A stretch of 64,000 nucleotides of DNA from Desulfuromonadales bacterium (GCA_033549025.1 JAWSUS010000008.1:59905-123904), one strand, 5' to 3'. Positions 9,669 through 19,132 are shown, numbered from the stretch's first letter. The notes: a model not told the origin generated them from the sequence alone. Numbers and translations: made by a program.

Positions 9669-9757
9669 TTATCCGCAATTCCTGGTGTAGCTGTCTGCCG
9701 CAAGTCGCCGTGTGCCGGGGTCATCGGAAAAGCCCTCCATGGTGTTATCCGCAATTC
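9669..9757. repeat. 13-bp direct repeat TTATCCGCAATTC (9669-9681, 9745-9757)
   Basis: Exact duplication; the second copy contains the stop codon of the TerS-like gene. Confidence 0.75.
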
Positions 9758-10245
9758 TTTCCGCGTTTCTTGCGGCCGGAGGTTTTCGTTGCCGGGGCGT
9801 TGGCGGCCTCGGCCACCTTCTCGAGCAGCGCCGCCGCCCATTCCGCCGGAGAGGTCTGCGGGCCTTTCGGCTCCTCACCCTCGCGGGCAATCTTGGTGGT
9901 CTTGAGATCCTTCATGTGGCAGCGGATCATCCGGTCGAGCTTTTCGGCGGCGTCGGTGTTCCCCTCGATCTGGGCGCGGACCAGCTTCACCGAATAGACG
10001 CCCACCAACTCCACCTGCAGGAAGTCGCTGGACTTGTTGAACTCGAAGTCCTGGTTGAGTCGGTCGATGATCGCGTCGAACATGACCTTCTCTTCCGGAG
10101 TCAGGCAGCGGTCGGCGAAGATGCCGTGACGCAGCCGGTTCTGGTTGCCCTCGGGCGCACCAGGCCCGCGCCGGGGCGGTTCGGTCTTACCCTCGTTGCG
10201 GTGCCAGCGGTCCAGCGTCTCTTTGTCCGGTTTGTTCAGTGCCAC
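9745..10245 (-). CDS. Probable terminase small subunit
   Basis: GAPEGNQNRLRHG resembles the GAPxGNxNAxKHG motif of TerS proteins; upstream of TerL on the same strand. Confidence 0.65.
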   Translation of the reverse strand: MALNKPDKETLDRWHRNEGKTEPPRRGPGAPEGNQNRLRHGIFADRCLTPEEKVMFDAIIDRLNQDFEFNKSSDFLQVELVGVYSVKLVRAQIEGNTDAAEKLDRMIRCHMKDLKTTKIAREGEEPKGPQTSPAEWAAALLEKVAEAANAPATKTSGRKKRGKNCG

Positions 10246-10336
10246 GTGGAAATCCTGCCGAATATTGTTTTCCCAAGCCGGGATGCGGGGCGGGAGGCCG
10301 ATTTAGCCTCCAAACGCGCTCCCGCCGGTTCAGGGG

Positions 10337-10367
10337 TTACTTACCGGAAGCGGCGGCCAACTGTCGG
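10337..10367 (-). promoter_or_regulatory. Element-specific promoter-like motif upstream of the TerS-like gene
   Basis: CCGAC-AGTTGGCCGCCGCT-TCCGGTAAGTAA; the final TAA is also the stop of the upstream gene. Confidence 0.7.
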
Positions 10368-10615
10368 TCCCGGTCCTGTTTTCGTTCGGCGGCGATGATC
10401 TGATTGACCCGGCGAGTGGTCACTCCAGCGAGGTTGGAGATCTCCTGGCTGCTGATCCCCTGCAGATGAAGGGCAAGCACCAGGTCGCGGCGCTCCTGGT
10501 AAAACCTGCTCGGTGCAGGAACCCAGAGAATCCCGGTGTAGTGCTTCTGGATCTGCTCGAAGAGTTCCTCGGGCAGGACTTCCTTGGCGTTGGCGTAGCG
10601 TTTCTTTTTCTTCAC
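10337..10615 (-). CDS. Small HTH transcription regulator (Mor/CD3324-like)
   Basis: YANAKEVLPEELFEQIQKHYTG.LWVP N-terminus plus C-terminal HTH (ISSQEISNLAGVTTRRVNQII). Confidence 0.7.
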   Translation of the reverse strand: MKKKKRYANAKEVLPEELFEQIQKHYTGILWVPAPSRFYQERRDLVLALHLQGISSQEISNLAGVTTRRVNQIIAAERKQDRDRQLAAASGK

Positions 10616-10618
10616 GGC

Positions 10619-11389
10619 TCAATCCTCCACTTTCTTCATCCACGGCTGCGGCACGTCCGGGTTGTAGAACCGCAGCGTGCTGGGACGCCCGGACTTCGGC
10701 CCGTGGATAATTTCGATAGAACGCTCGGTGACCTCGCCAATCTCCTGATCGCCATCGACGAAGCAGACCAGGCCGTAGTCCTCGCCGCAGGGAAACCGGA
10801 AGCGGCCCTGGTTCTGATAGAGGCGTGCCTCGGACCAGCCCTTGGCCATGGCCTCCTCACGGATGGCGTCGACCTTGGCGACAGCCTGGGAAGTCACCGG
10901 CTGCTTACATTTCCAAGCTTGGTTCCCGGGATAAATCCAGTCCTTTCTGGGAGTTTCGACGGGTTTCTCCTGGGACTCGGGACGAAGCGCGGGTGGCCGG
11001 TAGTTCTTCGGGGAAAAGGACTGCAGGACCTCCTGGAGGCTTTCCTTGCCGAATTCCCGGATGGCCAGCTCCTGCAGGGCGTTGAATCGCTGCCGCAGCG
11101 TATTCCAGGCATCCTCGGGGAGCTTTCCGGCCTTGTGCGCGGCTTGGGCGGTGACCATGCGGGAACGTAGCCAGGCAAAGTATTCAGGCGACAGACGGCG
11201 ACACAGCGTGCCGTCGATCTCCATGTCTTCAGGCCAGTCGCGTGCGTCTTCGATCTCGTGGACGTCGAGCCCAGTGGAGACATAGATGGCGGGCTGCGGT
11301 GGTTGCGGTGGTAATAATGGGACTTCACATCCGGCCGAGGCGTCCTGACCTCCGGCGGTGTGCTTGATCATGGTTTTCAGAAGGCTCAT
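10619..11389 (-). CDS. Hypothetical protein (256 aa)
   Basis: Clean ORF downstream of a promoter motif; no family recognised. Confidence 0.7.
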   Translation of the reverse strand: MSLLKTMIKHTAGGQDASAGCEVPLLPPQPPQPAIYVSTGLDVHEIEDARDWPEDMEIDGTLCRRLSPEYFAWLRSRMVTAQAAHKAGKLPEDAWNTLRQRFNALQELAIREFGKESLQEVLQSFSPKNYRPPALRPESQEKPVETPRKDWIYPGNQAWKCKQPVTSQAVAKVDAIREEAMAKGWSEARLYQNQGRFRFPCGEDYGLVCFVDGDQEIGEVTERSIEIIHGPKSGRPSTLRFYNPDVPQPWMKKVED

Positions 11390-11429
11390 GGTTTCAGGCT
11401 CCAGAAATACGGGTTAATCGCTTTTCCCG

Positions 11430-11460
11430 TTACTTACCGGATCTGCCCTGAAACCGTCGG
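11430..11460 (-). promoter_or_regulatory. Element-specific promoter-like motif
   Basis: CCGAC-GGTTTCAGGGCAGA-TCCGGTAAGTAA, about 40 bp upstream of ATG 11389. Confidence 0.7.
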
Positions 11461-11471
11461 TGACCATCTGC

Positions 11472-11823
11472 TGCGGTGGATACGTGCGGTGGCTGCGGTG
11501 GTCGTGCGGTGGAAGGTTTCCTCGTCCCACCGCAGGGCATGGCTCTTTGTTTGTTATTTGTTTTTAGATAGTTATGAAGAAAGAGAAGATAGAGTGCGGT
11601 GGTTGCGGTGGTATTTGGGGAATGTCTCTCTCGCTGGGCCGGAATTTCTCTAGCGGGAAACGCCAGGTTGGTAGGAAGGAAAAATATTTCAGCCCATAGG
11701 GGGTGAGACCTCTGGGTTTACCACCGCAACCACCGCAAAGGCCATGAAAGCTCTGTCTGGCAAGGGTTTGGCGTGCGGTGGTTATCCACCGCAAGGGACA
11801 GCGGTGTTCACCGCACCACCGCA
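11472..11823. repeat. Putative replication origin: 12 TGCGGTGG octamers in both orientations with an AT-rich tract
   Basis: Direct copies at 11472, 11485, 11494, 11505, 11595, 11604, 11774; inverted at 11527, 11721, 11730, 11786, 11816; AT-rich ~11545-11592; immediately downstream of the primase-helicase. Confidence 0.75.
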
Positions 11824-11876
11824 AAAGAAAAGGACGCCCGAGAGCGTCCTGGATGATTTGGTCAGATGGCGTGGAG

Positions 11877-14800
11877 TTAGAGATTGGCAGTCTTGACGAT
11901 CCGGTATTCGAAGTTCTTGGTGTGGGCGTTGCGCTGCCGGTCGATGTCAAACCCGGCGTCCCGGATGACGTCCAGGTCGTTGCTGATGCGCCGACCGAGC
12001 TGGGCGGGCTTCTTGTATTCGAACTCGAGGTTGAATTCCCGGCCGACCCTGCGCAGCGCCGCGAGCAGCCGTCCCGCCGACACCGGTTCCATGGTGTTCT
12101 CGTTCTCGAACCTCACCTGATAGCGTTCGATGAACCCCACCACGTGGTTTGCCCGGTCGTCCTCGCCGTAGCGGGCCTTCTCGTCCAGTTCCACCGCGTT
12201 CCGGTAGGCATGGAAGAGCGACGCCAGCGCCGTGGCAATGGGGTTCGACTCCCGGGCCATTTCCTGGCTGGTGTCGTTAATGGAATGGATCTGCTCGATG
12301 AACAGCGGGCTCAGCTCCTCGAGTCCGGTGGTCACCTCGTGCTCCTCGGACCCGGCCAGCATCATCAGATACATCAGGCTCAGATAGTCGTTGCACCGGC
12401 GCTTGCCATGAGTCGGCATGGTTCGGTGCAGCAGACGCATGACCTGTTTCTGGGCTCCGTCCCGAATCATCGCCAACACATGGCTCGTCCGCTTCATGAT
12501 GGCCGAAATGATCAGATCCCGGTTCTGCTGGATGGCGGAGATGACCTCCGATTCCAGAAAGCAGTCGCTGGCCTGGTTGGCGAGGTCGAAGTTGATGACG
12601 AAGGACCTCGACAGTATCTCCGAAAGCTCCCCGCACAGCGGCTCGATGCCGGTGGTGTTCAGCAGGCATTTGGTCCGCTCGGTGATGGTCTCGCTGTCTG
12701 TGCCGCTCTTGCGTTTCTCCTTGGCGATGCCGGTGATGCTGGTCAGCATGAAGGTGGTCAGATCCTCGGTCATCTGCTTGACCTCGATGTTGTCGAGGAC
12801 GATGAGCGGGTTCTGCGAGCCATCGGTGTAGTTCGCCGCGTCGGTGGCTTTCTTGTGCTGGGGCTCGCCGTAAAGCAGCGTCGACGTGATCTTGCTGGCG
12901 GTGGTCTTGCCCGATCCGGCCGAACCCTCGAAGCGGGTCATGGGCCGCGTCCCGGCGAAGTCGATCAGCAGGAAACAGGAGAGCCAGGAAAGGATGAGAA
13001 ATCGATCCCCCTGCGGACAGGTCATATTGCCCACCAGCAGATCGACCAGGAGCCGGTCCGCCTCTTCGAGGTCGGCGTCGGGCAGGAATTTCAGCGGCTT
13101 CATCTTGCGCGAGCCGTCCAGGATGATGCCGTCCTCGTTGCCGCCGTTCTTCATGATCTGAATCTCGTCCGGGGTGATCTTGGCGATCTCGTGCTCCGGA
13201 TTGTTCAGGTTGAAATAGACGGTGTAGGAGGCCACATCGGTGTGCAGCCAGGAAAAATGGTCGCGCACCTGGCCACGGATCATCGCCAGGCTTGGCAACA
13301 CCTCGAAAAATGTCCGTCCGCCGTTGGAGGTCGGCACCATGCCCGCGTGCTTATAGAGCATGGCCGCGTAATGGCGCTTGCGGCCCCGGTCCGGCGAATC
13401 CATCCAGTAGATGGCGTTGTCGAAATACATGAACGGCTCGCCCTGCAGGGTGTGAAAGAACTGGGCACCGTTGGCGGTGAACCAGTCGTAGGCGGCCTCG
13501 GCGGCCAGGGTGTAGTCGGGAGCGCCGTTCTCCAGTTCCGTGTCGATCAGCACCTCGTCGACCCGGGCGCGGCATGATCCGGGCATCGCGCCGGACATCC
13601 GCTTGGCCTTCTTCTTTTCATTACGGAACTCGACCTTGCGGTCCTTCTGGATGGCGCGGATCTGCTCTTTCAGGGTGGCCATCGAAACGCCACCGCCGAT
13701 GCGCTCCTGCACCAGCTTCAGCAGGCGGGCCTGTTCCAGCGGCGACTGCTCGGAAATCTCCCTCAGGATCGGTTCGAGCAGGCGGTTGCGTTCCTCCTCA
13801 TCAGCGCCCTCGGGTAGCGAGCGCACGCCGAACTCGATGGGCGTGCTGGCTTCTGCGAGCAGGCGTTCGAAATCCTCCCGGGTATGCCCGGCGGCAATGT
13901 AATCGTTGACGTCTATCTTGGCGGTGGCGAGAAGCGCCTCGGCCGCCTGAATCTCTTCGGCGGGACGTCCCGCCAGCAGCTTGGCCAGCTCCTTCGGCCC
14001 CACGCTCGCCGTCAGGCCGAAGCGTTTGGTCAGCTCCTGCCGGGCCGAGATCTGTGTCTCCGACAAGGGCAGCGTCACCAGGCGGGTGTCGATCTTGTGT
14101 TCGGCCAGGGTGCGAGCGGTTTGCAGCGCCCCCTTGAGACCGGCCTGGGAGAGTTCGTTGTCCTGGCAGATGTAGACGGTTTCGACGCCGCGCAGCTTGG
14201 GGATCAGGCGCTCCCAATCGGCGGCCCGGATGCGAACGGTGACCGGCGACACGGTGGGCAGGCCCAGTTGCATCAGCGCCAGGCAATCGGTCACCCCCTC
14301 GGTGATGATCACCTTGCCGGGCCTGGCCAGCAGGCAGTCCTCGTTGAACAGCAGCGCGTTGTTGATGAAGTCGGCGACGTAGGGCCGCTGGTGCTCGTCG
14401 TGAACCGGCAGTTTCTTGTATTTCCCTTGCTCCCAGCCCACGTCCGGGGTCCACGGCGTCTTGCGGCCGATCATGAACACCACCCGGCCACGGCTCCAGT
14501 AGGGAAAGACGATGCGGCGCTCGAAAAATGGCGTCAGGCCATCCTGGCTCGTGGGCCGGAAAGCGCCGGTGGCGGCAAGCTCCCGCTTGGAGAAGCCGTC
14601 TTCGCCCCGGGTCAGTTGGGCGACCGCGCCGGACGCGTTGTCCGCGTAGCCGATCAGGAGATCGTCGATGGTCTCCTCGCTCAGGGCGTATTTGGATTTC
14701 AGCCAGTCGAGGACCTCCGGCGACTCCTTGAGCCTGGCGTGGTAAAGCCTGGCCAGCGCGGTCAGCGCGTCCTTGACCCGCAGTTCGAAGGCGCGGTCGG

Positions 14801-15191
14801 CCTCTGTCTGGGCCAGACGCTCCTGGCTGAGGCCATAGCGCGACAGCGGCGGCAAGCCCGCCTTCTTGGCGAGATAGTCCCGGGCCTGACGGTGGCTGTC
14901 CGGCATCGGACCGGATTGCCCGGCGGTGACCGAGCCCGTCTGAATGAACTCAACGAGCTGCAGCACATCACCGCCGACTCCGCAGCCGAAGCAGTACCAG
15001 CCCTGCTTGTCGAGCATCACGTGCAGCGACAGACGCGACTGGCTCTGATGGTTGGGGCAGTCGCACATCAAGCGCTGGCCGGTCTCTTGGGTGATCCGTC
15101 CCGGCAGGAGTGCCCGGGCCACGTCACCGATGTCCATCTCGGTGACGAGCCGGTAATACTCCCTGACGTTATCCGTTCCGCCCATACTCAT
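11877..15191 (-). CDS. DNA primase (CHC2 zinc finger + TOPRIM) fused to a C-terminal P-loop helicase-like domain
   Basis: CPNH...WYCFGC, IITEGVTD, ICQDNE; C-terminal EGSAGSGKTT and LIVLDNIE. Confidence 0.9.
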   Translation of the reverse strand: MSMGGTDNVREYYRLVTEMDIGDVARALLPGRITQETGQRLMCDCPNHQSQSRLSLHVMLDKQGWYCFGCGVGGDVLQLVEFIQTGSVTAGQSGPMPDSHRQARDYLAKKAGLPPLSRYGLSQERLAQTEADRAFELRVKDALTALARLYHARLKESPEVLDWLKSKYALSEETIDDLLIGYADNASGAVAQLTRGEDGFSKRELAATGAFRPTSQDGLTPFFERRIVFPYWSRGRVVFMIGRKTPWTPDVGWEQGKYKKLPVHDEHQRPYVADFINNALLFNEDCLLARPGKVIITEGVTDCLALMQLGLPTVSPVTVRIRAADWERLIPKLRGVETVYICQDNELSQAGLKGALQTARTLAEHKIDTRLVTLPLSETQISARQELTKRFGLTASVGPKELAKLLAGRPAEEIQAAEALLATAKIDVNDYIAAGHTREDFERLLAEASTPIEFGVRSLPEGADEEERNRLLEPILREISEQSPLEQARLLKLVQERIGGGVSMATLKEQIRAIQKDRKVEFRNEKKKAKRMSGAMPGSCRARVDEVLIDTELENGAPDYTLAAEAAYDWFTANGAQFFHTLQGEPFMYFDNAIYWMDSPDRGRKRHYAAMLYKHAGMVPTSNGGRTFFEVLPSLAMIRGQVRDHFSWLHTDVASYTVYFNLNNPEHEIAKITPDEIQIMKNGGNEDGIILDGSRKMKPLKFLPDADLEEADRLLVDLLVGNMTCPQGDRFLILSWLSCFLLIDFAGTRPMTRFEGSAGSGKTTASKITSTLLYGEPQHKKATDAANYTDGSQNPLIVLDNIEVKQMTEDLTTFMLTSITGIAKEKRKSGTDSETITERTKCLLNTTGIEPLCGELSEILSRSFVINFDLANQASDCFLESEVISAIQQNRDLIISAIMKRTSHVLAMIRDGAQKQVMRLLHRTMPTHGKRRCNDYLSLMYLMMLAGSEEHEVTTGLEELSPLFIEQIHSINDTSQEMARESNPIATALASLFHAYRNAVELDEKARYGEDDRANHVVGFIERYQVRFENENTMEPVSAGRLLAALRRVGREFNLEFEYKKPAQLGRRISNDLDVIRDAGFDIDRQRNAHTKNFEYRIVKTANL

Positions 15192-17416
15192 TCGGCCTCC
15201 GCGACACGGGCGAAATCCGCCTCCGCGTGCTGGGCGGCGTCCAGAAACAGGGGCAGAAAGGTCCGGCGGTCATCCACCTGGCACCGTTTGGCGCAGTTCT
15301 GGATGCCCCAGTGATCACCCAGAACAATGGCGGTGCGTCGGGCGCGGGTCACCCCGGTGTAGAGCAGATTGCGGTGGTGCATGAAGGAATGCGCCTTGTG
15401 GACCACCACCACGGCGCAGGGGAATTCGGAACCCTGGGTTTTGTGGATGGTGAGCGCATAGGCGAGCTGCAGGTCCTGCAGGTCGGGCGAACCCTTTTCC
15501 ATCTCCACCGGCATGCCGTCGAAGTCGATGACCAGGGTGCCGTTCGCGAGGACATCGACCACATAGCCGATGGCACCGTTCATCACATTCAGGTCGTAAT
15601 TGTTCCGGGTCTGGATGACCTTGTCGTGCTTGAGAAACGGAGCGCGGCGGCCCATAGCGACCGGCGGTACCTCGGCGTTCCAGAGCTTGCGCTGGATGAG
15701 CCGCTGCAGTTCCTCGTTCAGTTCCTTGGTGCCGAGCGGCCCCTTGTGGGTCGGCGTCAGCACCTGCACGTCCTTGATGATGTCGAACCCCAGGGCGTCG
15801 AGCCGCTCCTGAAACAGCTCCAGCAGGAACGAGCGTGCCGCCATCGGGTCGGTGAACTGATCCACCAGATACCAATCCCGGCATCCGGCCACCGATGCCT
15901 CGCTAGTCTTGCGCACCTCGCCCTTGAGAACGGCGGTGCAGTTCTCCTTGAGGACGCCAGCCTGACGCACGACCTTATCGAGGATGACCGTGGGGATGGC
16001 GCGTGTCTGGATCAGATCGCGCAGGATGTTTCCGGGTCCCACCGGCGGAAGCTGGTTGTGGTCACCGACCAGCAGCACCGTGGTCCGCGACAGGTCGACT
16101 GCCTCGAACAAGTGCCAGGCCAGCGGCACGTCGACCATCGAAAACTCATCGACCACCAAGACGTCGGCATCGATGGGGTTCTCCTTGCTACGCGAGAAAC
16201 CCTTGCCGTCATAGCCGAGCAGACGGTGGATGGTGGTGCCGCTACGGCCGCTGACTTCCTCCAGGCGCTTGGCGGCCTTGCCGGTCGGCGCGGCGAGCAC
16301 GACCTCCAGGTCGCTCTCCTCGCAGATGGTGTTGATGACCGAAATGGTGTAGCTCTTGCCCGAACCGGCTCCACCCGAAATCAGGCTGATGCTGTGCTGG
16401 AGGGCCGAGCGCACCGCTTCGAGCTGCTTCTCGTTCAGCGTTGATGCGCAGCGCCGAATCAGGGCATCGAGTTTCTTGACGGACTGGAAATGCGGGTTGG
16501 GTGTTTCGGCCTGGCCGAACAGCGAGGCCAGCTCCCGCTCCATGCGGACGATCTCCGGCAGAGCGACCACGAAACGTCCACCGTGGGAATCGCAGGAAAG
16601 CGCCTGTTCTTCGATAAGAGCGTCGAGGGCGCTCTCGATGCGGACCCGGCTGTCCAGGGCATCCATGACCAGTAGCAGATTGGTCTGGTCCACCAGATCC
16701 TCGTATTCGATCCAGCAGTGGCCATTGTCCAGGGCATCACGGACGCAAAACAGCAGACCGGCCCGGATACGGGGAACGTGGTCCTTGGGGGTGCCCAGCT
16801 TGCGGGCGATCTTGTCGACCTTCTTGAAGCCGAATCCCCGGATCTCCCGAATGAGGATGTACGGGTCTTCCTTTAGAATATCGAGGCAGTTGCCGCCGAG
16901 TCTTTCGACCAGGGTGGTGACCTGATGATGGGTCAGGCCGAATGCCGACAGCCAGGCCATGACGGTGTTGACGCTGCGGTTCTTCAACCACTCGTCACGC
17001 AGCCGCCGGGCCGCGTCCAGCGGCAGCCGAGCCTTGAGCGCGATGCGTTCGGGATCATTCAGAAGGGTTTCTTCAAAGGCGTCACCGAAGCTCTCGACGA
17101 TCAATCTGGCCTTGGCCGGACCAATGCCCTTGATCTCCGGATGGTTGGCCAGATAGTGGATCAGCCCCTCCGGATCGAGTTCGAGGTCGTGCTCCATCCC
17201 GTCGACCTTGAACTGACGGCCGTATTTGGGATGGGTGGACCACGACCCGAGCAGGACCACAGGCTGATTTTCCCGGGCGAACAAATTGCCCGCGAACTGG
17301 ACCTCCTCACCGGTCGGGGTGAGCAGTCGGCCTGCGGAAAACTTGGGTCCGGCATAGTAAACGCGCTCTATTCTTCCCCGGAGTCGCGCCGGGTTACTCT
17401 CATTTCTTTTTGGCAT
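15188..17416 (-). CDS. RecD2-like ATP-dependent helicase
   Basis: HhH IKGIGPAKA, GGAGSGKS, AAPTGKAAKRL, VVDEFSM, GDHNQLPPVG, YALTIHKTQGSE, LLYTGVTRA; start taken at MPKRN. Confidence 0.9.
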   Translation of the reverse strand: MPKRNESNPARLRGRIERVYYAGPKFSAGRLLTPTGEEVQFAGNLFARENQPVVLLGSWSTHPKYGRQFKVDGMEHDLELDPEGLIHYLANHPEIKGIGPAKARLIVESFGDAFEETLLNDPERIALKARLPLDAARRLRDEWLKNRSVNTVMAWLSAFGLTHHQVTTLVERLGGNCLDILKEDPYILIREIRGFGFKKVDKIARKLGTPKDHVPRIRAGLLFCVRDALDNGHCWIEYEDLVDQTNLLLVMDALDSRVRIESALDALIEEQALSCDSHGGRFVVALPEIVRMERELASLFGQAETPNPHFQSVKKLDALIRRCASTLNEKQLEAVRSALQHSISLISGGAGSGKSYTISVINTICEESDLEVVLAAPTGKAAKRLEEVSGRSGTTIHRLLGYDGKGFSRSKENPIDADVLVVDEFSMVDVPLAWHLFEAVDLSRTTVLLVGDHNQLPPVGPGNILRDLIQTRAIPTVILDKVVRQAGVLKENCTAVLKGEVRKTSEASVAGCRDWYLVDQFTDPMAARSFLLELFQERLDALGFDIIKDVQVLTPTHKGPLGTKELNEELQRLIQRKLWNAEVPPVAMGRRAPFLKHDKVIQTRNNYDLNVMNGAIGYVVDVLANGTLVIDFDGMPVEMEKGSPDLQDLQLAYALTIHKTQGSEFPCAVVVVHKAHSFMHHRNLLYTGVTRARRTAIVLGDHWGIQNCAKRCQVDDRRTFLPLFLDAAQHAEADFARVAEAE

Positions 17417-17850
17417 CTCGCGATCCTCCGGTGAAAACGTGTCAGGTACTCCTCGACAAAACGGCAGGCGGCCTGCCGGTCCGAGCAGAAGTAGACGGGG
17501 ACACCGAAGTCGACGACGATTGAGGCGACCGTTCCGATCAGCGCGTGCGGGTGGGCATCGCTGCGGTAGCGGCCATCGACCAGATCGCGAAAGTTGCACT
17601 CGACAACCACACAGGCGGATTCGTAGGCGGAGAGCTTTTCCAGCACGCGGTGAAACCGCTTGCGCCCCCGGATGACGGTGGAGACGAAATCCGTCAGGGA
17701 TTTGCGCTCCACCGCCACCCGTTCTTCGAGGCCGACCAGTGAGTAATCACCGGCGGGCAGCGCCTTGCGAACCGCCGAAACCTTGTCGCTATCGAAGCTG
17801 TAGGGCTCCTGTTCGCGGGTGTCGACGACAACGGTGATCCGGTCCATCAT
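17368..17850 (-). CDS. ERCC4/XPF-family nuclease domain protein
   Basis: VVDTREQ, GDYS and VERKSLTD motifs. Confidence 0.9.
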   Translation of the reverse strand: MMDRITVVVDTREQEPYSFDSDKVSAVRKALPAGDYSLVGLEERVAVERKSLTDFVSTVIRGRKRFHRVLEKLSAYESACVVVECNFRDLVDGRYRSDAHPHALIGTVASIVVDFGVPVYFCSDRQAACRFVEEYLTRFHRRIARCQKEMRVTRRDSGEE

Positions 17851-18323
17851 CAGAACGGGATCATGTCGTCCATCGCCGCGCCGGGAGCCCCGGCATCGTC
17901 GGCCATGACAATGTGACGGTTGAAGTAGATGTTCTCGTTTTCACCGCGAGTGCGTTTGGTCACCTCCAGCTTGATGTTGAGAAGCTGCTCGAGGTGGCCC
18001 GGCAGGTCGGAGAGCTTCTGAAGCTGCAGCCCGCAGGTATAGAGGTCCTGCTTGAGCCACTTGATGTTCTCGTTGCTGGCCATGACGTTGTTGCGCCAGA
18101 GCAGACGACCCTTGTGGGTCGGCGCGAGAATGCGCAGAGTCCACTTGAGCATGGGATTGCCCGAGGTCTGGGCGCGGGTCAGTTCGACCCGGTCGACGTT
18201 GACCTGGTACTTGCCGTCGGGGACGGCCTCGAACTCACGTTCCTCGACTTCGGCGGTTTCAAAGGCGTCGTCGAACTGCGCCAGGTCGAGGTTGCTGCTG
18301 GATTGGTTTTCGTAGTGTTCCAT
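17850..18323 (-). CDS. DUF669-like putative single-strand DNA-binding protein
   Basis: VPDGKYQVNV, SGNPMLKWTL and an acidic DDMIPF tail. Confidence 0.8.
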   Translation of the reverse strand: MEHYENQSSSNLDLAQFDDAFETAEVEEREFEAVPDGKYQVNVDRVELTRAQTSGNPMLKWTLRILAPTHKGRLLWRNNVMASNENIKWLKQDLYTCGLQLQKLSDLPGHLEQLLNIKLEVTKRTRGENENIYFNRHIVMADDAGAPGAAMDDMIPF

Positions 18324-18335
18324 GGTCGGATCTCC

Positions 18336-19106
18336 TTACTGTTGAGGTTTCGCCGCCGCACTCGCGGTCGGCTCCGGCTTCGGCCGGGCGGCACTCGCCG
18401 CAGCTCCGGCTGCCGTGTTGTTGAAGGCTTTAACGAAGCTCGAAAAATCGAGGGGGATGACTTCGGGGAGTCGGCCGGTGCGGTCACCAGCGTCGTAGTT
18501 GGGACTGGGCTTGGTGCGCATCACGCGCTGCCAGACCGGCTTGCCGTCATCGCCGGTTTTCATGTCCAGATCGCAGAACAGGATCAGATCCACCAGGCCG
18601 GTGACCAGCTTCCGCGCCTTTTCCGGCAGCGTCGGCACGATGCGGGTGTGTTTGCCGGTCCGGGTCTCAATGTCCCGCTCCTGGGAGTGGGAGATCAGGA
18701 TCAGCCCGTAGGGCAGGAAGGCCAGCTTGTTGATGACGCGCTGGAACTCGTTGTTGATCAGCGCGTAGCCCTTGCCGTAGCCCAGGTCGGATTCGTGCTC
18801 GATCTTGAATTTCTTGCAGACGTAGTCCGAGCACATCTTGTAGGCGTTATCCACCGTGTCGACGACGATGGTCTTGAACTCGTGCTTGCCCTCGGCGATT
18901 TCGGCGCAGGCCTGCAAGAGGTCGTCCCAGCAGGTGATCGGGGTCTGGAACACCTCCAGGGCGTTCAGGCCCGGCTCGGTCGCCAGGAACAGTGCGTCAT
19001 CGGCCTTGGAGCACCAGGTGCTCTTGCCGATCTTGCTCGGGCCGTACACCAGGGCGGTGAGGTCCGAGAGCGTGTGTTTGGGTTTGCTTTTGGTCTTGGG
19101 AAGCAT
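18336..19106 (-). CDS. AAA_24 / Sak4-like ATPase
   Basis: YGPSKIGKST, TIVVDTVD, LILISHS; adjacent to SSB-like and exonuclease genes. Confidence 0.85.
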   Translation of the reverse strand: MLPKTKSKPKHTLSDLTALVYGPSKIGKSTWCSKADDALFLATEPGLNALEVFQTPITCWDDLLQACAEIAEGKHEFKTIVVDTVDNAYKMCSDYVCKKFKIEHESDLGYGKGYALINNEFQRVINKLAFLPYGLILISHSQERDIETRTGKHTRIVPTLPEKARKLVTGLVDLILFCDLDMKTGDDGKPVWQRVMRTKPSPNYDAGDRTGRLPEVIPLDFSSFVKAFNNTAAGAAASAARPKPEPTASAAAKPQQ

Positions 19107-19132
19107 GGCTTCGTCTCCTTATGGTTGGGATT

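Noticed and set aside
8810..9841. 343-aa minus-strand ORF with 15-aa repeats
   Set aside because: It overlaps the recombinase antisense and the TerS-like gene, has atypical codons and no clear RBS; probably a by-product of the 45-bp DNA period, though not fully excluded.
11472..11823. TGCGGTGG as Chi sites
   Set aside because: It differs from GCTGGTGG and is tightly clustered in both orientations beside a primase, which fits iterons better.
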